A DNA stretch of 64,000 nucleotides from Octopus sinensis. Its lineage: Eukaryota. The notes beneath the pieces are model-generated. The model ran no database searches, was not told the DNA's origin, and worked only from the letters and a program-made list of their open reading frames with translations. Shown piece after piece: positions 1-9,946 of the stretch (positions within the stretch are counted from its first letter, which is position 1; each line of letters begins with the position of its first letter). Where the stretch lies: the NCBI RefSeq assembly GCF_006345805.1, contig NC_043005.1:93310001-93374000 (forward strand), in the 5' to 3' direction. The translations under genes were made by a program, and so were the position numbers.

Positions 1-11
1 ATATATATATT

Positions 12-320
12 GTGGAGGCCAATGGCCCAGTTGTTAGGCAGCGGACTCGCGTCGTAGGATCGCGGTTTCGATTCCCAGACCGGGCGTTGTGAGTGTTTAT
101 TGAGCAAAACACCTAAAGCTCCACGGGGCTCCGGCAGGGGTTGTGGTGAACCGTGCTGTACTCTTTCACTGCACAACTTCCTCACTCTTTCTTATGTTGG
201 CCTGCTCGCTTAGCCAGCGGGTGGTCCGTCATTAGAAGGCCTAAACAATGCGAAACGCATTGTGACCAGCGATGTGTAGCAACATCTGATAAGCCTGGTC
301 GGTCACGGTCGTCACGGTGA
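12..320 (+). mobile_element. tRNA-derived SINE
   Basis: Pol III A-box-like TGGCCCAGTTG (23-33) and B-box GGTTTCGATTCC (64-75), followed by a central motif GTGTTTATTGAGCAAAACAC that is also seen in the copy at 8623-8865; flanked by TA-rich microsatellite. Confidence 0.75.
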
Positions 321-470
321 TATAAATAATATAATATAAACATATATATATACATACACATACCTATATACATCACATACATACATGCACACACACATAT
401 ACATATCATAATATACATACATAATATATATATATGCACATACATTATATTCTGCATACATATAATTTAT
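321..470. repeat. mixed (TA)n/(CA)n/(CATA)n microsatellite
   Basis: Low-complexity tract seen directly; it explains the spurious ORF 182..457. Confidence 0.85.
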
Positions 471-1999
471 TCTGATATGTTCTACTTTGTTTCTTCTTCA
501 AAATTTACGATTGTTTGATCAGACGCCTCGATGATCTATAGGAATACATTTCACAGGTTCAAGTGATATTCTCAATTGACATAAGATATATTCCTTAAGG
601 GAAGACAGCTGTGCTTGAATTCGATTACAATATTCGTCGTTTGACTTAAGTGTTAGCTCGGTTTACTGTGTAGGTTTCTTGATAACCTCATGTCTGATAA
701 TACACATAAGATCATGTCTTTGTTATAAGTGAATAACTGTCCTTCCCTTGTTTGTGGATGCCAATATTTTGCTTTCAATTTTAACTTGATTTTTCCTGTC
801 TAAACATTTTCTTTCTCCCTTAGTTGACTGTAAGTTCAGATAGATGTAATTCGAAATCTATTAGCGCTGGGATATGTTCGAATGCTTGAAGCTTGTACTT
901 GTTTATGTGATAGCATGAATATGTAGAATATATTTTATATATCTTCGCTTCTGTTTAAGCTGTGACCAGGTAGAGTAAAAAATTTTGAATTGACCATTGC
1001 TACAAAATCCGTTTTGTGTCTTTTCTTTTGTAAAAAAGATCCCATTTTTTTGAGGATGGTTGCTTTCCGTTTTGTTACTCATGGACCAAACAATATATTT
1101 GAAAAAGTGTGTGACATTTTACCTACTTCAAGATTTAAACGAATGGATATATATGTATCAAGCTTTAAACGTATTCTCGGTAAACCCGCTGTACGTTTCT
1201 ACTCTAGAGTCTGCCCATTTTCATCTTTCGCTAGATGCTATTTGTTGCCATTCAATGGATAACTAATCATGGCTCTGAAATGATAACTAGATTGCGTTAT
1301 TCTTCTCGAATTTATAAACTTTTTTTGTTGCAGTTAGAAATTTGAAATCCTGTTAGCCATACAATTATAGTTGGGTTTAACAGAACTTCGTGATATCTGT
1401 TTAAAGCAGAGAAACAAAGGAGTAACAATTTTCTAAACATTTAAACTATATAGAGGATTAACCCAGATGAATTTTCCATTTTCATGTTTGGTGTTATTTA
1501 TTCTGTGTTGTTCTATGTATTCCAATTAAATATTAAATCCTCTTCATGCTAGAATTCTATAGTAGTGTGGAACACATTTTCTGCTAAATATTTTTTGTTC
1601 TATGATAGGCTGGTTATGTAACTACTAATGTTATCTGTAATGTGCTGTATGATGTTAGGTGGGTAATTGCAAATCCTAATTTACATATTTCTTCATTAGG
1701 TTTGCAATCGGGTTGCTGATTAAGATTAATGCTGTATATAAGGACTTTTCTATTTTCAGGTTTGTAGTTTTCAAATTACATTCTCTAAAAATTCTAATTA
1801 GTGTTTTTCCGAGTTGTCTATGTTTATGCTACAGGATATTGCTCGTCTGTTTCTATAAAGTTTAATGCTGGCGGATCATATTCTGTTTTGCTGTGAAAGC
1901 AGTATAATTTGTCCAAATATGAAACCTCTTTTTCATTGTAGAGATAGATAAATGGAAAAGTTAATTGCTGTTTCTTAACTTAAGCGGATTAGTCATAAT

Positions 2000-2228
2000 A
2001 GTCCTTCCTACTATAGGCACAAGTCCTGAAAGATTTTGGAAGAGGGTTAGTCGACTACATCCATCCCAGTGTTCAACTGGCATTTATTTTATCGAACCCA
2101 GTGTTCAACTGGTACTTATTTTATCGACCCCAAAAAGAATGAAAAGCAAAATCGGCTTCAGCAGAATTTGAACCTAGAAGCGCTGTTTACCATTTTGTCC
2201 GGTGTGCTAACGATTTTACCAGTTCTCC
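2000..2228 (-). mobile_element. SINE with Nin/Deu-like domain, diverged, with an internal ~32-bp duplication
   Basis: Reverse complement aligns with the copy at 3126-3349 (GGTACTTATTTTATCGACCCC..GAATGAAAAGCAAA; GTGCTAACGATTTTACCAG). CCCAGTGTTCAACTGG..TTATTTTATCGA occurs twice in tandem. Confidence 0.75.
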
Positions 2229-2269
2229 ATCATAGAATAGTCGTAAGTAACATTTTCTTTGCATTCAGT

Positions 2270-2466
2270 ATTGGTTTCAAATTTTGATACAAGACTAGCA
2301 AGTTCAGATTAGGAGAATAGCCGATTACATCGACCTCCAATGCTCAACTAATACTTATTCTATTGATCCCGAAAGGGATGAAAGGTAAAGTCTACCTCAG
2401 CGAGTTTGAACTCAGAATGTAAAGACGGACGACAATATGTTAAGCATTTTACCCAGCGTGCTAACT
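2270..2466 (-). mobile_element. SINE, same family, diverged
   Basis: GATCCCGAAAGGGATGAAAGGTAAAGTCTACCTCAGCGAGTTTGAACTCAGAA is close to the reverse complement of the core of 3126-3349. Confidence 0.75.
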
Positions 2467-2694
2467 TACCTGTCTTCCTTTGCCTACTTACCGCTTTCCT
2501 TGCCTTTAATATTATCGTGTTATCGTAGTGTATTCTTGATTAAATTTTTGATATTTTAGTAAAAGACCTTTTTAATTCAATTCTACAACCTCGAAATGGG
2601 TGAATCTACCGGTGGACTCAGTGTTGTTAATAACGGTGCTGATACAATTCCATTATGTTAAGTGTGGTGGGTGTACCTTTTTATTGTATTTATT

Positions 2695-2850
2695 AGGAAT
2701 CGAACTGGTAGAAAAGTTAGAGCTCCGGAAAATGCCTTGTATTTCTTCAGGCACTTCACATTCTTACTTTAAATTCCACTATGGTAAACTGCACCAATAA
2801 AGAACCAATCAAGTACTGGGGTCGAGGGAATCGACAAACACTCCCTCTCG
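2695..2850 (+). mobile_element. highly decayed SINE copy
   Basis: GAACTGGTAGAAAAGTTAG...TTTAAATTCCAC...AAGTACTGGGGTCGAGGGAATCGAC resembles the 3126-3349 copy with an internal deletion. Confidence 0.45.
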
Positions 2851-3125
2851 TAAGTGGTGAAATAATTATTGCGCTTACATATAAAACACATATACACACG
2901 CGCTTACACATTAAAAATAATGTGGTTTATTTGAAGCATTATAAAATATACTTAAGAATTACGCAGAAAGCAGCAACAATGATAAATAGAAATAATGGAT
3001 TGGAGCCAAAACTAAAGAACAAATGTTTAAATTGTATCATATTTTGATATTTTGGTTATAAAAATCCCGAATAAAGTAGAACATATTTCTGGTATACACA
3101 GTAGTGTATACCAGAGTGTATATAA

Positions 3126-3349
3126 GGCGGCGAGCTGGCAGAATCGTTAGCACGATGCTTTGCGGTATTTCGTCTGCCGTTACGTTCTGAGTTCAAATTC
3201 CGCCGGGGTCGACTTTGCCTTTCATCCTTTCGGGGTCGATTAAATAAGTACCAGTTACGCACTGGAGTCGATATAATCGACTTAATCCGTTTGTCTGTCC
3301 TTGTTTGTCCCCTCTATGTTTAGCCCCTTGTGGGTAGTAAAGAAATAGG
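3126..3349 (+). mobile_element. near-complete SINE (tRNA-like head + Nin/Deu-like domain)
   Basis: Head GGCGGCGAGCTGGCAGAATCGTTAGC, B-box GAGTTCAAATTCC, domain GCCTTTCATCCTTTCGGGGTCGAT..TAAGTACCAG; flanked by a 16-bp direct repeat GGTATACACAGTAGTG (3091-3106, 3348-3363). Confidence 0.85.
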
Positions 3350-3484
3350 TATACACAGTAGTGCTAGCTGCAAAGCTCACTCTCTTAAATAAAAAGAGCA
3401 GACTAATTTTAATTTATCAGCCCATTCCTAAGTTATTTCTCAAGAGTCCAGCTAATACGCAACAAAACAACTGATTATATACAC

Positions 3485-3765
3485 TAGTGGTTCTCAGCCA
3501 GGGTCCATATAGCCACGAGGCTTCATATAAGATATTGGAGGTTTCACGCAGCAAAATAGTAAATCGGCTCCTGAAAAAAAATTTGCTTTAGATGTATGTA
3601 TTGGTGTGTATTGCAAGAAACAGCTAGGTTTCTTTCTCTGACGTTTTACATAGTCCAACCTACACAAGTTAATGTGTGAAAAGCAGAATAGTTTTTAAAC
3701 ACAGAATGGGTATGAAGTGAGGGTATACCAGAACAAAAGATAAGAAATAGTTGAAAATGCTTGAT
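3485..3765. mobile_element. decayed hAT-like MITE related to 3790-4037
   Basis: Starts TAGTGGTTCTCAGCC and shares TTTTAAAC..CAGAATGG.TATGA with the neighbouring copy; right end is degenerate. Confidence 0.45.
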
Positions 3766-3789
3766 CTATAGAATAAACACTGTTGGGAG

Positions 3790-4037
3790 CAGTGGTTTTC
3801 AACCGGATCCACCCGACCCTTTCGCGTCCGTACAAGATGTTAAAGTTTATGTGCGATAAATTGACTCTGCATCTACAATACGCAAAATATTTTAGAAATT
3901 TTTTAAAAATACAATTCTTTATAATATTTAATTATAAAATATAGTAAGACTTTTTAAACAGCGAATGGCTATGAGGGTCCACTTGAGTAAAATAAGAACC
4001 ATAGGGCTTCATGGGTAAAAATGGTCGAGAACCACTG
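3790..4037. mobile_element. non-autonomous hAT (Charlie/MER5-like) MITE
   Basis: 15-bp TIRs CAGTGGTTTTCAACC / GGTCGAGAACCACTG (2 mismatches); no ORF; flanking 8-mers only partly match (GTTGGGAG / TTTTAGAG). Confidence 0.7.
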
Positions 4038-4179
4038 TTTTAGAGCGATTCTAATGCTTTCCACCTCATCCGATGTGTACAGTCTATAGACAGACGATTC
4101 GTACGAAACCGTTGCTCACGTTATATAATTCCTGCTTATATCACATATTAACTGCGTGGCACATTGGGCAAGAGTTTTT

Positions 4180-4473
4180 CTTGCTACGGTCCAGGGCCAA
4201 CCAAATCCTTGTGAGTAAATTCGGCAGACGGAAACTGAAAGAGCCCGTTGTATATAGATATGGATATATATCTATGTGTGTGCTGGAGTTGTGTTTGTCC
4301 CCAATCCCTATTTGACAACCGGTGGTGGTTTGTTTACGACCACATAACTAAGCGGCTTGACAAAAAAGAAACTGTTAGTGTACCAGTACTTAAAAATAAG
4401 TACAGGCGGCGATTTGTTCGGCTAAACGTTTTAAGGCGGTGCTCAAGCATAGCCACAGTCGAATGAGTAACAG

Positions 4474-4475
<2 letters not shown>
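4180..4475 (+). mobile_element. 3' part of a SINE carrying a LINE-derived tail
   Basis: CCAAATCCTTGTGAGT..GACGGAAACTGAAAGAGCCCG...; ends GGCGGTGCTCAAGCATAGCCACAGTC, which resembles the CR1-type LINE 3' end at 62500-62547; followed by (CA)n. Confidence 0.65.

Positions 4476-4476
<1 letters not shown>

Positions 4477-4510
<34 letters not shown>
4477..4510. repeat. (CA)n microsatellite
   Basis: Seen directly. Confidence 0.95.
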
Positions 4511-4512
<2 letters not shown>

Positions 4513-4689
4513 TATAGCGGGCAATTCATATCTACTCATTTGGTTTTCACGTTCTCGATCATCTGACTGATAATTGAGAACATAAAATCCGAATAACTAG
4601 ATGTGAGTTACCTTGTGTAATAGCCATTAACAACTCTCGCTCCTTAGTATTGAGTGCAGTTTTGAACTTCTCGCCTATATCTAAGTGCA

Positions 4690-4885
4690 CTATACACACA
4701 TATACACCATAATTTACGTATTTATGCCTGCATCCCTGTATATAAACTCATGTATGTATAATTATGTATTTATGTATAAATTTATATATAGACATATCTA
4801 TGTGTATATACAGACACATAAACATACACACAGATACGTGCACACACAGATGCACGCTCGCACGTATACATACATACACATATGC
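4690..4885. repeat. degenerate TA/CA microsatellite
   Basis: Low-complexity purine-pyrimidine alternation. Confidence 0.7.
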
Positions 4886-5279
4886 TAACAGAATAATGGA
4901 ATCCTGTCTAGTCGGTAAGTCATGTCTTGCAATAAAAATGATAGGTTTTTTTATTTACGGAGGAATCTATAAAAGTTATAAGTAATACGTGCTATTTCTA
5001 CTGAACGAAACTTGATCTATGTACATCTGTGATACATCTAACTTGAAAATGAAATTGACTAACATATTTAGACATCGCGCGGGGTGAATCAATATAACCA
5101 GTCGTGGAACTGTGACTCTACAAACGGCTATTTCCCAAAATATCAAGTAATCTGTCTATCAGCAACCAAATAAACACTCGCGGACGAAATGGTTTGTTCG
5201 AAGCTTTGAAGGTTTAACCATCCAACGGTATACAAACTTATCCAAATTCGTTAAAAACTTTTGCCTCAGAAAATTTCCT

Positions 5280-5517
5280 GTATGTATGTATGTATGTATG
5301 TATTATGTATGTATGTATGTATGTATGTATGTATGTATGTATGTATGTAGGTATGTATGTGTGTATGTATGTATGTATGTATGTGTGTGCGTGTGTGTAT
5401 GTATGTATGTATGTATGTATGTATGTATGTATGTATGTATGTATGTATGTATGTATGTATGTATGTGTGTGTGTGTATGTGTGTAAGTGTGTATGTGTGT
5501 ATGTATGTATGTATGTA
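5280..5517. repeat. (TATG)n/(TG)n microsatellite
   Basis: Seen directly. Confidence 0.95.
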
Positions 5518-8321
5518 GCTGTGATGAAGATAAAATAATCTTTTATACCCAGCTGAGAGCCATACTTAGAAAAATCCCCAATTCTGATAAAGTCATTTTA
5601 CTGGGGGATTTTAATGCCAGAGTAGGAACAGACTGGCAAACATGGAACTCTCTAGGACGTTTTGGAGTAGGGAAAATGAATAGCAATGGTCTCATGCTAC
5701 TGGAGCTTTGCGAAGAACATGGACTTTACATTGCAAGTACTCATTTTGTGCACAAAGGTGATCACACAACAACATGGATGCATCCAAGGTCCAAAGTTTG
5801 GCACTTGCTGGATTACGTCATCATCCGCAAGCGCGGCATTTATGACATTTGTAATGTCAAGTCCTTGCATGGATCAGAATGCTGGACAGACCACAGTCTG
5901 GTGCGAGCAAAGTTCCGAATGGTGATTAGGGCGAAAGAGAGAAGAGGACCAGTCAGCATTCCTCGCCGTCTAAATGTCCACAAGGTATATGACGTTGTGG
6001 TTAGGAAAGAGCTTCAGACTCGCTTGTCCAGCATTGAAACTGCTGCAGCATGGGAAGATTTTCGAGACCAGGTTGTTCAATGTGCAGCCGAAACACTGGA
6101 GTATGTTACTGCCAGACACAGAGACTGGTTTGATGAGAATGATGCTGAAACTCAACGACTATTAGTGGTGAAGCGCCATGCCCACAGTGTGTTGCTGCAC
6201 AGAGAACTCTCTACTGTGCAGCGAAGTCTAGCACTTGCCCACTATAACAGTGTAAAATCACTACTGCAGCGATTTCTCAGGAAGATGCAGAACACTTGGT
6301 GGGAGGATCTTGCTCGTGATATTCAGGCTGCTGCTGATGCAAATGACAGCAAGAAACTTTACCATCTTATGAAGCGAGCTTGTGGACCTAAGAGCTCCAC
6401 ATCAGCTCCTTTGCTTTCCAAGGAGTCTTCCACTCTGTTTACTAAATCAACAGAAATCACAGGTCGCTGGATCGAACACTTCTCTGAACTCCTAAACCAT
6501 GAGTCAGTTGTGGATGAAACAGTGATTGATACTATGAAACAAAGACCTATCATTGACTCCTTAGACTCCTCGCCATCAATACATGAAGTAATGACATCAA
6601 TAAGTAAATTGAATCTTGGTAGGGCACCTGGAAAGGATAGAATTTGTGCTGAGGTCTTGCGATTTGGTGGTAATCGCATCACACAGTCCCTTCATGAACT
6701 TATTAGTGCAGTCTGGAGGGATGGTGCAATCCCTAAGGACTGGAAGGATGCAATTATTCTTCCTCTATATAAAGGAAAAGGAGCCAGAACAATGTGTGGT
6801 AACTACAGAGGTATTGCTCTACTATCATCTGCTGGCAAAGTTCTGGCAAATATTCTTCTTACCCGTCTGAATGGGTGTCTCGTAAATGATGTCATATCTG
6901 AATCTCAATGTGGCTTCCGATCTGGTAGAGGGACAATGGATATTATTTTCACAGCAAGACAGATGCAGGAGAGGTGCTATGAGCAGAATATGGATCTTGT
7001 CCAGGTATTCATTGATTTAACTAAGGCCTTTGATACTGTAAATAGGGCCTTTCTATGGAAAATACTTGGCAAACTTGGATGTCCGGATCACTTTGTATCT
7101 ATAATTAAATCATTTCATGATGGGATGGAGGCTTGGGTCAATGTTGGTGGTGCCATGGCGAGACCCATTCCTGTAGAGAATGGTGTTAAGCAGGGTGACA
7201 TCCTTGCCCCAACTCTCTTTTCTTTGTACTTTGCTGCTACTTTTACTCATTCTTTTGCTAAGGTTAGCTCTCTGGGAATATATGTCAGATATAGATCTTC
7301 TGGCCGCCTCTTTAATCTTCGCCGATTTGCTGCCAATTCAAAGGATTTCCAGTCTATTATTCGTGACCTCCTTTATGCAGATGACTGTGACTTAGTCACT
7401 CATACAGTGGATGACATGCAAATACTCATGAATTGCATTTCTGCTTCTTGCAGGGTTTTGGACTTTGCATTAGCCTGGACAAGACTGTTGTAATGTTCCA
7501 GCCTGCACCAGGAAATCCATATATAGAACCAGCTATCTTGGCTGAAGAAACAATTCTGAAGGTAGTAGACAAGTTTGTCTACCTGGGCAGCACACATCAG
7601 CCGTTCTTCCTCCCTGGATGAGGAAATATCTTTCAGGTTGCAGAGAGCAATTAATTCCTTCCGGTCTCTTCAGTCTCTTGTCTGGTCCCAACTTGGCATC
7701 GCAAGGAGAACAAAAGTTGCTGTGTACCGTAGTTGTGTACTGACATCGCTTCTCTACTCATGTGAGACATGGACTCTGTACAAACGTCAGGTAAGGGTCC
7801 TTGAACGTTTTCATCAGAGATGTGTCAGACACATTCTCAATGTTGGCTGGACCTCAAAAATTCCAGACACACAGATCCTGAGGACACATGATATCTTGAG
7901 TATTAAGGCGATGGTACACAAGCACCGGTTGCGTTGGACTGGACACCTTATTAGAATGGAGCATAGAAGGATTCCTAAGCAGATGCTTTATGGAGAACTT
8001 GTGAATGGAAGGAGACTCCGACAGAAACCAAGGCTGCGATTTAAGGACTGTGTCAAGTCCTCGTTAAAGGCCTTTGATATGCAGGACACTGACTTGGAGA
8101 ACAATGCCTGTCATCGCCACAGATGGAGGAAGCAGGTTAAGGAGGGGATCAACACTTTTGAGAGAGCACGTATCCAGCATGAAGAACTTAAGCGAGCTGC
8201 GCGAAAGCGCACGGCTCGTATAGTGAATGGGGAAAGCTTGGTCTGCAGTGTTTGCAGTCGTGTATGCTTGTCAAGAGCCGGGCTCATTAGCCACCAACGG
8301 AGTCGCAAATGCAAAATATAA
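5518..8321 (+). pseudogene. RTE polyprotein (AP endonuclease C-half + reverse transcriptase + C2H2 finger), two frameshifts
   Basis: APE motifs GDFNARVG, LLDYVI, TDHSLV; RT motifs NYRGIALLS, QCGFR, FIDLTKAFD, GVKQGD, LYADD; FGLCISLDKT..KFVYLGST lies in another frame (7433-7621); C-terminal RLRWTGHLIRM and CSVC..AGLISHQR. The ORF-track start at 5487 is microsatellite-derived. Confidence 0.92.
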
Positions 8322-8392
8322 GTTAGTCCTAGAGCGCACAATGTTCCTGAAGGTCGGCAATGGTCTTCCTCGGTCACGAGTGGACAGCCATC
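5518..8392 (+). mobile_element. RTE-clade non-LTR retrotransposon, 5'-truncated
   Basis: Single ORF with APE-RT-ZnF architecture, short 3' UTR ending in a hairpin (ATGGTCTTCCTCG-GTCA-CGAGTGGACAGCCAT, ~8360-8391); (TATG)n on both sides. Confidence 0.92.
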
Positions 8393-8420
8393 ATGTATGT
8401 ATGTATGTATGTATGTATGT
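8393..8420. repeat. (TATG)n at the RTE 3' end
   Basis: Seen directly. Confidence 0.9.
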
Positions 8421-8622
8421 CCTTATTCGGTTTTATTTCAAGATTTCTTGCCAATAGAGAAAGAGTCGGTTTCTAACCTAGATCCAAGGCTCCTTCATTG
8501 GAATTTGAACATCAACAAAGCATTTTTATGTATGTCTATGTGTGTGTGTGTGCGCGTGTATATATATATAATATGTATGTGTCTGTATATGTGTATACAT
8601 ATGTGTGTGTGTGTGTGTGTGT

Positions 8623-8865
8623 AGGATTTGTGGCCTAGTGGTTTGGATGTCCGACTCATAATCGTAAAGATTGTGGTTTCGATTCCTAGAACAGGTGACG
8701 CGTTGTGTTCTTGAACAAAACACTTCATTTCACGTTGTTCCAGTCCATTCAGCTGGTAAAAATTAGTAATCCGGCGTCCCGACCAGGTGGGGAATATACA
8801 TGCCATTGAAATCAGGTAACCGACCTTCATGATCCTGTTATGGCTCGAGAAGGAAATATTTATTT
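8623..8865 (+). mobile_element. tRNA-derived SINE related to 12-320
   Basis: A-box TGGCCTAGTGG (8631-8641), B-box GGTTTCGATTCC (8675-8686), then TTGTGTTCTTGAACAAAACACTT. Confidence 0.75.
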
Positions 8866-8937
8866 ATTTTATACACACACACGCACATATATATATATAT
8901 ACACACACACATACATATATAATATATATAAACACAC

Positions 8938-9088
8938 TACGTTCTAAGTTCAAATTCCGCCGAGGTCGACTTTGCATTTCATCCTTTAGGGGTCGATAAA
9001 TTAAATACCAGTTTGGTACTTGCGTCGATCTTATCGATTGGCCCCTCCCCCAAAATTTCCGGCATTGTGCCTAGAGTAGAAAAGAATA
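8938..9088 (+). mobile_element. 5'-truncated SINE with Nin/Deu-like domain
   Basis: TACGTTCTAAGTTCAAATTCCGCCGAGGTCGACTTTGCATTTCATCCTTTAGGGGTCGAT is nearly identical to 3182-3240. Confidence 0.85.
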
Positions 9089-9188
9089 TACATAACACAC
9101 GCACGCACACACACACACACACACATTATACATATATATGTGCACACTCACACATACACATACATATTTCGCGTGAAGTATTGTAATA

Positions 9189-9410
9189 AAGTGAACTGAG
9201 ATACAAGGGAAGCTTCTAAAAATGCAGAGAAACTTTTATATTTCGGGCGCAAATGCCCATCTTCAGAAAAATACAAAAAAATGCGTGTTTATATATACCC
9301 TGCTATTTTGGATAACCGGATGAGCCGCGAGAGAGACCTTTGTGCTTGAAAAGTTTAAAAGAAAAACTTTCTGCATCGTTAGAAGCTTTCCTTATTTCTA
9401 ATTTCATTTA
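9189..9410. repeat. imperfect inverted repeat with hammerhead-like cores (possible Penelope tail remnants)
   Basis: GGGAAGCTTCTAAAAATGCAGAGAAAC versus CTTTCTGCATCGTTAGAAGCTTTCC; the minus arm contains CTGAAGA-TGGGC..GCCC-GAAA. Confidence 0.55.
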
Positions 9411-9414
9411 ATCT

Positions 9415-9597
9415 CTCCTTCTCTCTCCCTCTCTCTCACTCACTCTCTGTCTGTCTATCTGTCTGTCCGTCCGTCCGTCTATTTATCTGTCTGTCTGTCT
9501 CTATCTGTCTGTCTGTCTCTATCTGTCTGTCTGTCTCTATTTGTCTGTCTGTCTCTATCTGTCTGTCTGTCCGTCTGTCTGTTTATCTATCTGCCTA
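9415..9597. repeat. (CT)n/(CTGT)n/(CTAT)n microsatellite
   Basis: Seen directly. Confidence 0.9.
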
Positions 9598-9846
9598 CAT
9601 TATTAATAGTTAGCAAAACCAACTGAGTGAATCAAGAGATGAGAGTTTCGAGCACTTATCAAACTAGTTACTAATCGAGAGGCTGTAAATTTATATTCTG
9701 GTGATAGTTCTGGAACGAATTATAAAAATAATTACATTCCAACGTGGATATTTCATATTTTTCAAATAGTTTGTCCATTATGCTGTTCAATAAATAAATA
9801 CGTAATTAAACAACTAAGGAAAATTTGTGCGTACTTACGCACACAT

Positions 9847-9946
9847 NNNNNNNNNNNNNNNNNNNNNNNNNNNNNNNNNNNNNNNNNNNNNNNNNNNNNN
9901 NNNNNNNNNNNNNNNNNNNNNNNNNNNNNNNNNNNNNNNNNNNNNN
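9847..9946. other. assembly gap (100 N)
   Basis: Run of N; the satellite starts immediately after it. Confidence 0.99.

Noticed and set aside
12-90. tRNA gene (also ~8625-8695)
   Set aside because: A and B boxes are present but no convincing cloverleaf, and the sequence runs on into a SINE body.
470-1960. Possible host exons (ORFs 990-1262, 1060-1266)
   Set aside because: Short and AT-rich with no recognisable motif; cannot be supported without homology or RNA data.
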